DNA from: Deltaproteobacteria bacterium
GTDB taxonomy: Bacteria > Desulfobacterota > Binatia > UBA1149 > SPBQ01
Length of the DNA: 64,000 nucleotides
NCBI GenBank assembly: GCA_029262375.1
Contig: JAJCZM010000046.1
Coordinates: 1,367-65,366 of the forward strand
Reading direction: 5' to 3'
Within the stretch, counting starts at the first letter, position 1, and every line of letters starts with the position of its first letter. Position numbers and translations under genes: made by a program. Below the pieces are notes generated by a model. The model did not search any database. It saw nothing but the letters and a program-made list of their open reading frames with translations, and was not told the origin of the DNA. Below are positions 51,858 to 60,020 of this stretch, piece after piece.

Positions 51858-53675
51858 ATGAAACGAATCCTGTTCATCGGTATCGGCATCCCCTTGATGC
51901 TCGCCGCACTCGTAGGCCTCGTAGGTCTCGCTACGACACCGCCGAGCGCCGCAATCCGTACGATTTTCATTGCCGACAATATCGTGACGATGGCCGACGC
52001 AGGACCGTCGGGCGAACGAGATCAGACAATCAACGCCGTCTACGTAAACGACGGAGTGATCCGCGGACTCGGCGCTCTCGACGACATGCGCCGGCTCGCC
52101 GGGGCCAATGCCGACGAGATCGATTTGCGACCCGCGACCCTGCTTCCCGGGTTGATCGAGGTCCACACCCATCCGATCGCGGCGGCACTTCTCGGAGCCA
52201 CGGTCGATGTCAGCGGCTTCACCCACGACTCGCGCGAATCCGTCATGGCGGCGCTCGAGTACGCCGCCGCCAGCTTCTCGCCCAGTCCTTGGCTTCTCGC
52301 GTTCGGCTGGGACCCGGTGATGATCGACGATCTCGAGGCCCCTACCCTCGCCGAACTCGATGAGATCTCGCCGGACCGACCGATGGTCATCCTCACGCAG
52401 ATGATGCACGACGCCTACGCGAACTCCGCCGCGCTCGCCGCGGCCGCCATTGACGACGACACCGTCAATCCACCGGGCGGCGAGTTCGTTCGTGACGAAG
52501 ACGGACGCCTCACCGGAACCGTGCGCGAGATCGCGGCCATCGACCGCCTGCTCGACGCCATGCCGCCCGCACCCGCCGGAGCGGCGGATCTGCTGCTCAG
52601 TCTGCAATACGCGAAGTATGCGCGTGCTGGCTACACGACTCTGGCCGTGCTCGGAGCAACCGGGAAACAACCGAAGTCGATCGAGATGATGGCCGCACTG
52701 GCCGAAGACGAACACGTACCCGTGCGCACGGTGGTCTACGGCCTGCCCGAGCAACTCGACGCAGGCAATTGGAAGGCCCGCTCGGGGAACTCTCGGTTCA
52801 CGATTCGCGGCGTGAAGTTCTGGATGGACGGCTCGCCGTTCGCGGGCGGCGCCGCCTGGGCCGGGCCGTACGAGAATACGCCGCTTACGCTCGAACGCTT
52901 GCATCTCGGCCGCGATCATCGGCCCGAATTGACGCACGACGAAGCAAGCTTCGAACGCGAGTTCGCACGCTTCCACGAAGCCGGATTTCAAGTCGCCGTA
53001 CACGCGCAGGGCGAGCGCGCGATAGACCGGGTGCTCGATGTCGCCGAGCGCGTACAGGCGCGCTCACCGCGCCCCGACGCCCGCCATCGCCTGGAACACA
53101 ATGCCCTGATCACGCGGGCTCAGCTCTCTCGTGCCCTAGAGCTGGGCGTCACCCCGAGTTTCTTCATCGATCACATTAGGTTTTACGGCCATCGCTTACC
53201 CGAGATCGTCGGCGCCGAACGCACCGAGCGCTACATGCCGATCGCGACCGCCCTGGCGCTCGGGCATCGCGCGACGCTGCACTCCGACAATCCGGCGACC
53301 CCGATCGCACCGATGCGGGTCTTGCAGACGGCCGTATCGAGAAAACCGCGCAGCGCAGACCCGGGCGGCGGCGATGTCGTCATTGGCGCGCACGAACGCT
53401 TGACGATCGAACAGGCTCTACGCGCTATCACCATCGACGCCGCCTGGCAGCTCGGGTTGGAAGCGACGATCGGTTCACTCGAAGTCGGTAAAGCGGCCGA
53501 CTTCACCGTGGTCGATCGCAATCCATTCGACGTGACGCCGGAAGCACTGACGGATCTCTCTGTCGTAAGTACGTGGCTCGACGGACAGCCGGTCGATACG
53601 CGCCCGTGGCGCCGCGCGAACGTCGCGTTGGCGTGGACGGCTTTGAGAAGCGTGCTGTTCGAAGGCGAGGACTGA
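51858..53675 (+). CDS. Amidohydrolase family (Amidohydro_3) metal-dependent hydrolase with signal/anchor
   Basis: LLPGLIEVHTHP metal-binding motif, FQVAVHAQGERA and LHSDNP. Confidence 0.85.
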   Translation: MKRILFIGIGIPLMLAALVGLVGLATTPPSAAIRTIFIADNIVTMADAGPSGERDQTINAVYVNDGVIRGLGALDDMRRLAGANADEIDLRPATLLPGLIEVHTHPIAAALLGATVDVSGFTHDSRESVMAALEYAAASFSPSPWLLAFGWDPVMIDDLEAPTLAELDEISPDRPMVILTQMMHDAYANSAALAAAAIDDDTVNPPGGEFVRDEDGRLTGTVREIAAIDRLLDAMPPAPAGAADLLLSLQYAKYARAGYTTLAVLGATGKQPKSIEMMAALAEDEHVPVRTVVYGLPEQLDAGNWKARSGNSRFTIRGVKFWMDGSPFAGGAAWAGPYENTPLTLERLHLGRDHRPELTHDEASFEREFARFHEAGFQVAVHAQGERAIDRVLDVAERVQARSPRPDARHRLEHNALITRAQLSRALELGVTPSFFIDHIRFYGHRLPEIVGAERTERYMPIATALALGHRATLHSDNPATPIAPMRVLQTAVSRKPRSADPGGGDVVIGAHERLTIEQALRAITIDAAWQLGLEATIGSLEVGKAADFTVVDRNPFDVTPEALTDLSVVSTWLDGQPVDTRPWRRANVALAWTALRSVLFEGED

Positions 53676-53727
53676 GACGGGCGTTCTCCTCACCCAAACG
53701 GACGAGGAGAACGCCGCTGGTTCTCAG

Positions 53728-55908
53728 TTAGATCTGCTCCTCGTAGAGCATGGTCGTGGAAGTCGTGGGTGGCTCGACGATCGTGGTTGACGTACTCGTC
53801 GATGTCGTTGTGGACGTGCTCGATGTCTCGCACGTCCCCATCTCGATGACGATGTCGTCGATAGCACCCGAGCCGAACAGGCTCACGATCATCGACCAAA
53901 CGCCCTCGACGCGGTCGAACTCGACGACGGTAACGCCGTTGTTGCCGACCTGCGGCAACGCGACCGAGCTGAGCAACTCGCCCTCGGCGCCGTACAGTTC
54001 GACGACCGCCGGATCTTCGGTGGTCTCGACGTCGAGCAGCCTGAGCGACTTGACGACAACCGGCCCGATGGCCGTGAAGTCGAGATGCGTTGCTACCGGG
54101 CGTGCGTTGCCCTGGTCAGACGGATTGTCGACCAAGCCGTCGGCCGGAGCGACGTCGATCAGGTTGTGGGCGACGATCAGAATGTTGCCCTGCGCGACCG
54201 AGTTCTCGAACTCGGCGCCGGCTTCACCGCCGACACCGATGCCGGGGCCGTCGAACGTCTCGTTCGGTGTACCGAGATCGTCGTCGCCACCGCTGCAGCT
54301 CCCTGACGAACATGCGCTGTCGTAGATCACTGCAGCATTGTCGCCGGGAAGACGCTCGATGTTGTCACCGTACACGCCGACCGGGCCCATGCCGCCATCA
54401 CAGTAGACTTCCGAAAGGATCGTGCCTTCAGCGTGCCCCTCGAAGCTGATGACATCGACCGAGCCAGCGGCCATGCCGTCGTAGGCACAAGCATCGACTT
54501 CCTCATCGCACCGATCTTGCGTGCACTCGTCGTCGTCGGAGCAAGCGGGCGCCTCACCGGCGCTGCAGCCCAGCTCGGCGTCGCAGCGTTCCTCGCCGTT
54601 GCAGAACTGGCCGTCGTCGCAGACAAGCGCCTCGCCCGCCAAGCAGCCGAGCTCGGCGTCGCAGGTCTCTTCACCATTGCAGACGTCGTTGTCGCTACAC
54701 GCGACCGGGCCGTAGGTGCAGCCTTGGTCTTGGGAGCACGAATCAACTGTACAGGCATCGCCGTCATTGCAGTCCATAGCCGCGTGGGCGCACCCCTCGA
54801 GCGCATCGCAGCTATCGACGGTGCAGTTGTCCTCGTCGTCGCAAACGAGCGCAGCGCCGGCCATGCAGCCCGCAGCCGCGTCACACGACTCGTCGCCGTT
54901 GCAGACGTCGCCATCGTTGCAGACCAGAGGCTCGCCTTCGACACAGCCCGACTCCGGGTCGCAGCTCTCCATACCGTTGCAGACGTCGCCGTCATCGCAG
55001 CTGATGGGCTCGTTAAGGCAACCGCCCTCGGCCGAACAGCTATCCATGGTACAAGCGTTGCCGTCGTCGCACTCGACGGCGCTGTGGCTGCAGCCCTCGA
55101 CGGGATCACAGCTATCGACCGTGCAGTCGTCGAGATCCTCGCAGGGCGCGGCGTCGCCGTCGATACAGCCGAGCTCGGCATCACAGTCTTCGACGCCGTT
55201 ACACACATCGCCGTCGTCGCAGACGAGCGCTTCGCCTTCGACGCAACCGGCGCTCGGATCGCAGGTCTCAGTACCGTTGCAGGTGTTGCCGTCGTCGCAG
55301 ACGATCGGCTCGTTGCTGCAACCGTCGGAGTCGTCGCAGAGATCGTCGGTACAGGCGTTGCCGTCATCGCAATCGCGCGGAGCGGCTTCGACACAACCGG
55401 ACGTCGCATCGCAGGTCTCTTCGCCGTTACAGACGTTTTGGTCGTCGCACTGCAGTGCTTCGCCTTCCATGCAGCCCGACTGCGGATCGCAGGTCTCGGC
55501 GCCGTTGCACACGTCGCCGTCGTCGCACATCACGGCGTCGCTCATGCATTCGCCGGGACACAAGATGTTCGACTGCAAGCCGATGGCGCCGGCCATGACG
55601 CGCAACGCGTCCGTGGCACAGACCACGCCGTTCGAGTCGACGTCGCAAACCGCGGGGCGGCAGGAACTCGATAGGCCGGTGCCAAAACGCAGTATATGCA
55701 GCGCGTCGCTGGCCGTCAGAGCGCCGGACTCATTCGGATCACCGCACATGCCGTCGGCAATGAAGCAGGTATCGGTCGTGCAAGCATTGTCGTCGTTACA
55801 GTCGACGGCGGTGTCACAGGGGATGAAGGTTGGCTGGGCCCACGCGGGCGTCGCCATGAACAAGGTCAGCGCGGCCGCGGCGACATAGCGTAATACTGGG
55901 TAATTCAT
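53728..55908 (-). CDS. Secreted protein with ~15 four-Cys repeats (CDDGxxCNGxExCDxxxGC / CDDGNACTxDxCxxxxGC), an embedded dockerin-like module, an unassigned C-terminal domain and a Ser/Thr tail
   Basis: Signal peptide MNYPVLRYVAAAALTLFMATPAWA. Dockerin-like CGDPNESGALTASDALHILRFGTG...CDVDSNGVVCATDALRVMAGAIG. The repeat units were counted by eye. Confidence 0.8.
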   Translation of the reverse strand: MNYPVLRYVAAAALTLFMATPAWAQPTFIPCDTAVDCNDDNACTTDTCFIADGMCGDPNESGALTASDALHILRFGTGLSSSCRPAVCDVDSNGVVCATDALRVMAGAIGLQSNILCPGECMSDAVMCDDGDVCNGAETCDPQSGCMEGEALQCDDQNVCNGEETCDATSGCVEAAPRDCDDGNACTDDLCDDSDGCSNEPIVCDDGNTCNGTETCDPSAGCVEGEALVCDDGDVCNGVEDCDAELGCIDGDAAPCEDLDDCTVDSCDPVEGCSHSAVECDDGNACTMDSCSAEGGCLNEPISCDDGDVCNGMESCDPESGCVEGEPLVCNDGDVCNGDESCDAAAGCMAGAALVCDDEDNCTVDSCDALEGCAHAAMDCNDGDACTVDSCSQDQGCTYGPVACSDNDVCNGEETCDAELGCLAGEALVCDDGQFCNGEERCDAELGCSAGEAPACSDDDECTQDRCDEEVDACAYDGMAAGSVDVISFEGHAEGTILSEVYCDGGMGPVGVYGDNIERLPGDNAAVIYDSACSSGSCSGGDDDLGTPNETFDGPGIGVGGEAGAEFENSVAQGNILIVAHNLIDVAPADGLVDNPSDQGNARPVATHLDFTAIGPVVVKSLRLLDVETTEDPAVVELYGAEGELLSSVALPQVGNNGVTVVEFDRVEGVWSMIVSLFGSGAIDDIVIEMGTCETSSTSTTTSTSTSTTIVEPPTTSTTMLYEEQI

Positions 55909-56023
55909 ACTGGGTTCACTTCTCCTAAGGGCGTTCGTGGGAGCGTTCGTGAACCCGACAGTGGCGCTCGATCGAGCGCTTAGCACGCTCAGGTGAGGCG
56001 GCGTTTATAGGCTGATATATCAT

Positions 56024-56043
56024 CCCCCCCCATGGGAGGGGGG
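56024..56043 (-). terminator. C-run/G-run hairpin between two minus-strand genes (terminator-like)
   Basis: ccccccccatgggagggggg, followed on the minus strand by ATGATATATCAGCC. Confidence 0.35.
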
Positions 56044-56116
56044 CCGCGCCGGTTCTACGACGCGCTGCGCCTGCCACCCGAAAGGGGGGTACAAGCGGTG
56101 CAAGTGGGTGGGCGGG

Positions 56117-57856
56117 TCAGTCGCTCTTGGCCTTGAACGACTCGCCTTCGTTCTTCCTCACGCCGACCCCGGAGAACGACGCCGACCAGCAGATTCCCGA
56201 ATCCGAATGCAGTTGAACCTCCACCGGAAGCGCCGTTGGAAGCGGCGGGAGCACCGGCAGCGTGAGCGCTTTGCCATCGGCTTTGAGCTTGAGCTTCGCC
56301 TTGGCATCGATGCCCACACCGAGTCTGAGCTGCGAGACCCCGTGCGGCGTCAGCAGCTTGTCCTTATATAGATAGCCCTTCGCGCCGGGCGGATTGCCTT
56401 TCGCGCGCCAGCAATCCTTCGAATTCGCACAGATGTCTCCGGCCGGGATTTCGGCTTCGAACACAATCGCAGGCGCGCCCGAGGTATCGAACACGCACAG
56501 CCTCAACGAATCGCTCACTGTGGGATCGCCGTAATCGGCGGCATCGGTCTGCTCGCCCACCCATCTGAAATCCAAGCGATCGAGCGTGTCGGGACTGCGA
56601 TCTCTGAACGAGAACTGTGCCTTGCCGGAAGCGAGGGGCTCTCTGCAATCGGCGCGCGGCACGACGATACCGGTGCACTCGCCCGCCCCATCGCACTCGC
56701 CTACGGCGCAAAGACTGCCTTCGAGCGCGCACGAGGTAGCGGCCGCCTCGACCGTGCAGTCGGCGGCGCAGCAATCGCCGTTGGTTCGATTGCCGTCGTC
56801 GCATTGCTCGCCGCAATCGAGTCGGCCATTGCCGCAGCCGAGCCACAGCGCCATCGCGTTGCCCTCCGCCTGGAAGTTCTCGGCCGGATCGTTCCACGGA
56901 TCGGCACCCTTATCGCCAAGCCAGCCATACGGATCGATCACGTTGGCAGCACTGGATTCCGGACTGCCCGCGGGCGGATGCCGCCGTACCTCGAAGTGCA
57001 GATGCGGCGCGAACGTGCCGAAGTTCCCGACGGTACCGACCTGCTGGCCGGCAACCACCGGCGCGCATTGCCCGACGAGTAGATCGGTCAGCGGGTTGCC
57101 GCCTGTATCGGTCCCCGCGAGATCGGCGGCGTGCAGGTACCACGACGCGTAGCCGTGATCTCCCACCACGCCATGGTCGATGTAGAACGTATGAAACTTC
57201 TCCCACCCGCTCGACGCACCGAAGTGACCGTTGATGGGGTCCTCCTGTGCCTTGCAGAGACTGCCGTCGGCGGTGGCCACGAGCGGCGTCCCCGCCTGGT
57301 AGCGATAGTCGTAGCCGGCGTGGCTCGCGTAACTGAGCACGCTCGGATTCGACAGCGCACCTTCGTAGTTCCCGTTGACCACGTACGAGGAGCCGTCGGC
57401 GCTGTAGTAGCCGCAGATGCACAGCGTGTTGAGAAAACACGCCGGGAAGTCGGGCTCCGCCGGGCACAGTTCATTGACGACACCGCGCTCGGCACTCTCG
57501 CCCGTGTAGGCCGTGATCTGCGTATCGCAGCAGCGTTGGTAGAACGGCCCGGTGTGATCCATCACCGAGATCATCGGCGCCGAGTACGCGTCTTGGCCGA
57601 GCCAGTCGACCGGAAACGCTGGAAGAATAAAGCCGTCGCCGCAAACACCCGAGTGGCATTGTTCCGGACCGGTACAAGGATCGGCGTCGTCGCAATCGTC
57701 GTTCGTCACGCAGGCCGGGCCGGCGTATGCCGGCGGCGCCCACAGCGCGGCCGGCTGAAGAACAGCCAACGCAAGGGCACCAACGACGGCGAGCATCTGC
57801 GCGACCTGCGCGCCCCGCACGATCCACGCTCTCCTTTTCAGGCTGGTCGGCCGCAT
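56117..57856 (-). CDS. Secreted M23 (LytM-type) metallopeptidase with Cys-rich N-terminal region, one Myxococcus-type Cys-rich repeat and the shared FKAKSD C-terminal domain
   Basis: HxxxD as SHAGYDY and HxH as APHLHFEV. Cys-rich repeat CGNGRLDCGEQCDDGNRTNGDCCAADC. The C-terminal ~177 aa are homologous to 48671-49207. The ATG is at 57856; the track used TTG 57859. Confidence 0.8.
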   Translation of the reverse strand: MRPTSLKRRAWIVRGAQVAQMLAVVGALALAVLQPAALWAPPAYAGPACVTNDDCDDADPCTGPEQCHSGVCGDGFILPAFPVDWLGQDAYSAPMISVMDHTGPFYQRCCDTQITAYTGESAERGVVNELCPAEPDFPACFLNTLCICGYYSADGSSYVVNGNYEGALSNPSVLSYASHAGYDYRYQAGTPLVATADGSLCKAQEDPINGHFGASSGWEKFHTFYIDHGVVGDHGYASWYLHAADLAGTDTGGNPLTDLLVGQCAPVVAGQQVGTVGNFGTFAPHLHFEVRRHPPAGSPESSAANVIDPYGWLGDKGADPWNDPAENFQAEGNAMALWLGCGNGRLDCGEQCDDGNRTNGDCCAADCTVEAAATSCALEGSLCAVGECDGAGECTGIVVPRADCREPLASGKAQFSFRDRSPDTLDRLDFRWVGEQTDAADYGDPTVSDSLRLCVFDTSGAPAIVFEAEIPAGDICANSKDCWRAKGNPPGAKGYLYKDKLLTPHGVSQLRLGVGIDAKAKLKLKADGKALTLPVLPPLPTALPVEVQLHSDSGICWSASFSGVGVRKNEGESFKAKSD

Positions 57857-57984
57857 CAAGTCGAGAGTGAATCGCCGAGGCAGTCTAAGTCAAGATGGGA
57901 TCGTGCCTTGCGAATCCCGACGGCGCCTCACATGGTGGCGCGAACGCGGACCCAAGCGGGCCAACCGAGGCGCGACGAGACGAA

Positions 57985-59268
57985 ATGAAGCGATTGCTCT
58001 ACATCGGCCATGTGTGGCCCGAGCCGAGATCGTCGGCGGCCGGTGGGCGGGTCTTGTCGATCCTCGCAGCATTCGAGCGTGACGATTGGCACATCACGTT
58101 CGCGAGCGCGGCCGAACCGGGCCCGCGCTCGGAAGGGCTCGACGGGCTCGTAGACGAAACCGCGTCGATCGTTCTCAACGACGCGAGCTTCGACGGCTTC
58201 GTACGCAGCGCCGCACCCGACGTCGTGATCTTCGATCGCTTCATGATCGAAGAGCAGTTCGGCTGGCGGGTCGAAGCCGAGTGCCCCGATGCGTTGCGCG
58301 TGCTCGACAGCGTGGACCTACACTGCCTGCGTCGCGTGCGCGGCGCCTCCAAACCCGCCGGCCGAGACCAGGCGAGCAACGCCGGACCTCACGACCAACA
58401 GCTGCGCGACGCGCTGCTGCGAAGCGACGACGCCAAGCGGGAGATCGCGTCCGTATTGCGCTCGGATCTGACGCTCGTGATCTCGCGCTTCGAGCTCGGT
58501 CTGCTCACACAATGCTTCTCGGTGCCGCAGCGATTGCTGCACTACGTCCCCTTCATGCTTGAGGCCGACCCCTCACGCGCAATGCCGTCGTTCGAAGCGC
58601 GATCGAACTTCGCGACCATCGGCAATTTCATGCATGCGCCGAACGCCGATTCGGTTCGCTGGTTACACGACGAGATCTGGCCGCTGCTGCGCAAGCGATT
58701 ACCGCAGGCCGAGCTGCTCGTCTACGGCGCGTATACACCGACAGCCATCGAACGACTCGACAACGCGGCCACCGGGTTTCGTGTGAAGGGATGGGCACCT
58801 GACGCGCTCGCGGCTCTTTCGCAGGCACGCGTTTGCCTCGCGCCGCTTCGATTCGGAGCCGGACTCAAAGGAAAGATCGCCGACGCGATGTCGGCGGGCA
58901 CACCGACGGTGACGACGCCTGTCGGCGCCGAGGCGATGCACAGTTGCGAAACGCACACCGCGCGCGCGTTCGAGAACTGGCCGGGCGCTATCGCCGACGA
59001 CCCTCGCGCAATCGCAGATGCGGCGGCTGCGCTCCATGACGATTGCGACCGATGGCAGCGCGCGCAACGCCTCGGCTTCGATCTAATAGCTGAATGTTTC
59101 GACGAGAAGGCGCACTCGCGCGATCTGCTCGCCGCCATCGACGATGCACGCACGCATTGCCAAGCGCGCCGCGACGAGAACTTCACGGGAGCAATGCTGC
59201 GTCATCATCATCACAGGGCCACGGAGTTCATGGCGCGCTGGATCGAAGCGAAGAATCGATCGTCTTAG
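57985..59268 (+). CDS. Glycosyltransferase (GT-B fold, family 1/4-like)
   Basis: MKRLLYIGHVWPEPRSSAAGGRV... and the C-terminal GLKGKIADAMSAGTPTVTTPVGAEAM. Start trimmed to ATG 57985. Confidence 0.65.
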   Translation: MKRLLYIGHVWPEPRSSAAGGRVLSILAAFERDDWHITFASAAEPGPRSEGLDGLVDETASIVLNDASFDGFVRSAAPDVVIFDRFMIEEQFGWRVEAECPDALRVLDSVDLHCLRRVRGASKPAGRDQASNAGPHDQQLRDALLRSDDAKREIASVLRSDLTLVISRFELGLLTQCFSVPQRLLHYVPFMLEADPSRAMPSFEARSNFATIGNFMHAPNADSVRWLHDEIWPLLRKRLPQAELLVYGAYTPTAIERLDNAATGFRVKGWAPDALAALSQARVCLAPLRFGAGLKGKIADAMSAGTPTVTTPVGAEAMHSCETHTARAFENWPGAIADDPRAIADAAAALHDDCDRWQRAQRLGFDLIAECFDEKAHSRDLLAAIDDARTHCQARRDENFTGAMLRHHHHRATEFMARWIEAKNRSS

Positions 59269-60011
59269 GCGTCGACCGCCGACGCGTCTTCGACGTGGCG
59301 TGCGAGCGCCGACCAGAAGGCGATCATGCCCGCGCCGTACTTGACGAGATCGGCCTTCGCGAAACGTGCGGCCTCCGCCGAGATCGGTTTCGCATCGCGC
59401 ACCTTCATGTGCGCCTCGGCGACGCGCTCCATCTGAATGAAGCTGCCGACGCACTCATCGACCGCGTTGGCCACGGTCAACAGGCCATGATTGCGCAAAA
59501 TGATCGCGCGGTTGTTGCCAAGCGCATCGGCAATGCGAGCACCGGCCTCCGTGCTTTGCACCTGCACTTCTTCGTCGTCGAAGATCGCGTGATCCTCGAA
59601 GAAAATGCAGGACTCCTGTGTGATGGGTTCGATCGGGCGGACTTCGGCCGAGAACGGAGTGCCCCAGCCCGTGTGTACGTGCGTGGCACTAACGGCGTCG
59701 GGGCGCGCCGTTAGAATCGGATGATGGATGTAATAGGCCGCCATGTTGACGATCCCCTCGCCTTCCACGAGCGAACCGTCCGGTCCCATCAGCACCAGAT
59801 CTGAGACGCGAGCCTTGTGATAGGAGATGCCGAACTTGAGCATCCAGAAGCAGTCGGTGCGCTCGGGGTCGCGGGCACTGATGTGCCCGTCCCCAAGATC
59901 GCCCCAACGCTGCGCAGCGAGCAGCCGGTAGCCCAAGGCAACCTGCTGCTTGCGCTGCGCGCGGATGGTTTCGTTCGACGGTTGCTCGGCCTGACCTGCT
60001 GCGTTCGCCAT
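59265..60011 (-). CDS. Class II aldolase/adducin domain protein
   Basis: GDGHISARD...AVSATHVHT...AIILRNHGLLTVANAVDE. Confidence 0.8.
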   Translation of the reverse strand: MANAAGQAEQPSNETIRAQRKQQVALGYRLLAAQRWGDLGDGHISARDPERTDCFWMLKFGISYHKARVSDLVLMGPDGSLVEGEGIVNMAAYYIHHPILTARPDAVSATHVHTGWGTPFSAEVRPIEPITQESCIFFEDHAIFDDEEVQVQSTEAGARIADALGNNRAIILRNHGLLTVANAVDECVGSFIQMERVAEAHMKVRDAKPISAEAARFAKADLVKYGAGMIAFWSALARHVEDASAVDA

Positions 60012-60020
60012 CCCGAGTGC

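Noticed and set aside
51786-53003. 405-aa ORF antisense to the amidohydrolase gene
   Set aside because: No motifs are present. The sense frame carries the amidohydrolase metal-binding signatures.
54327-55888. Three long alternative-frame ORFs (54327-55409 minus, 54433-55674 plus, 54716-55888 plus) inside the Cys-repeat gene
   Set aside because: They are periodic artefacts of the ~75-bp repeat. Their translations are Ala/Thr/Ser/Arg strings. Only the 53728-55908 minus frame gives a signal peptide and a coherent 4-Cys repeat.
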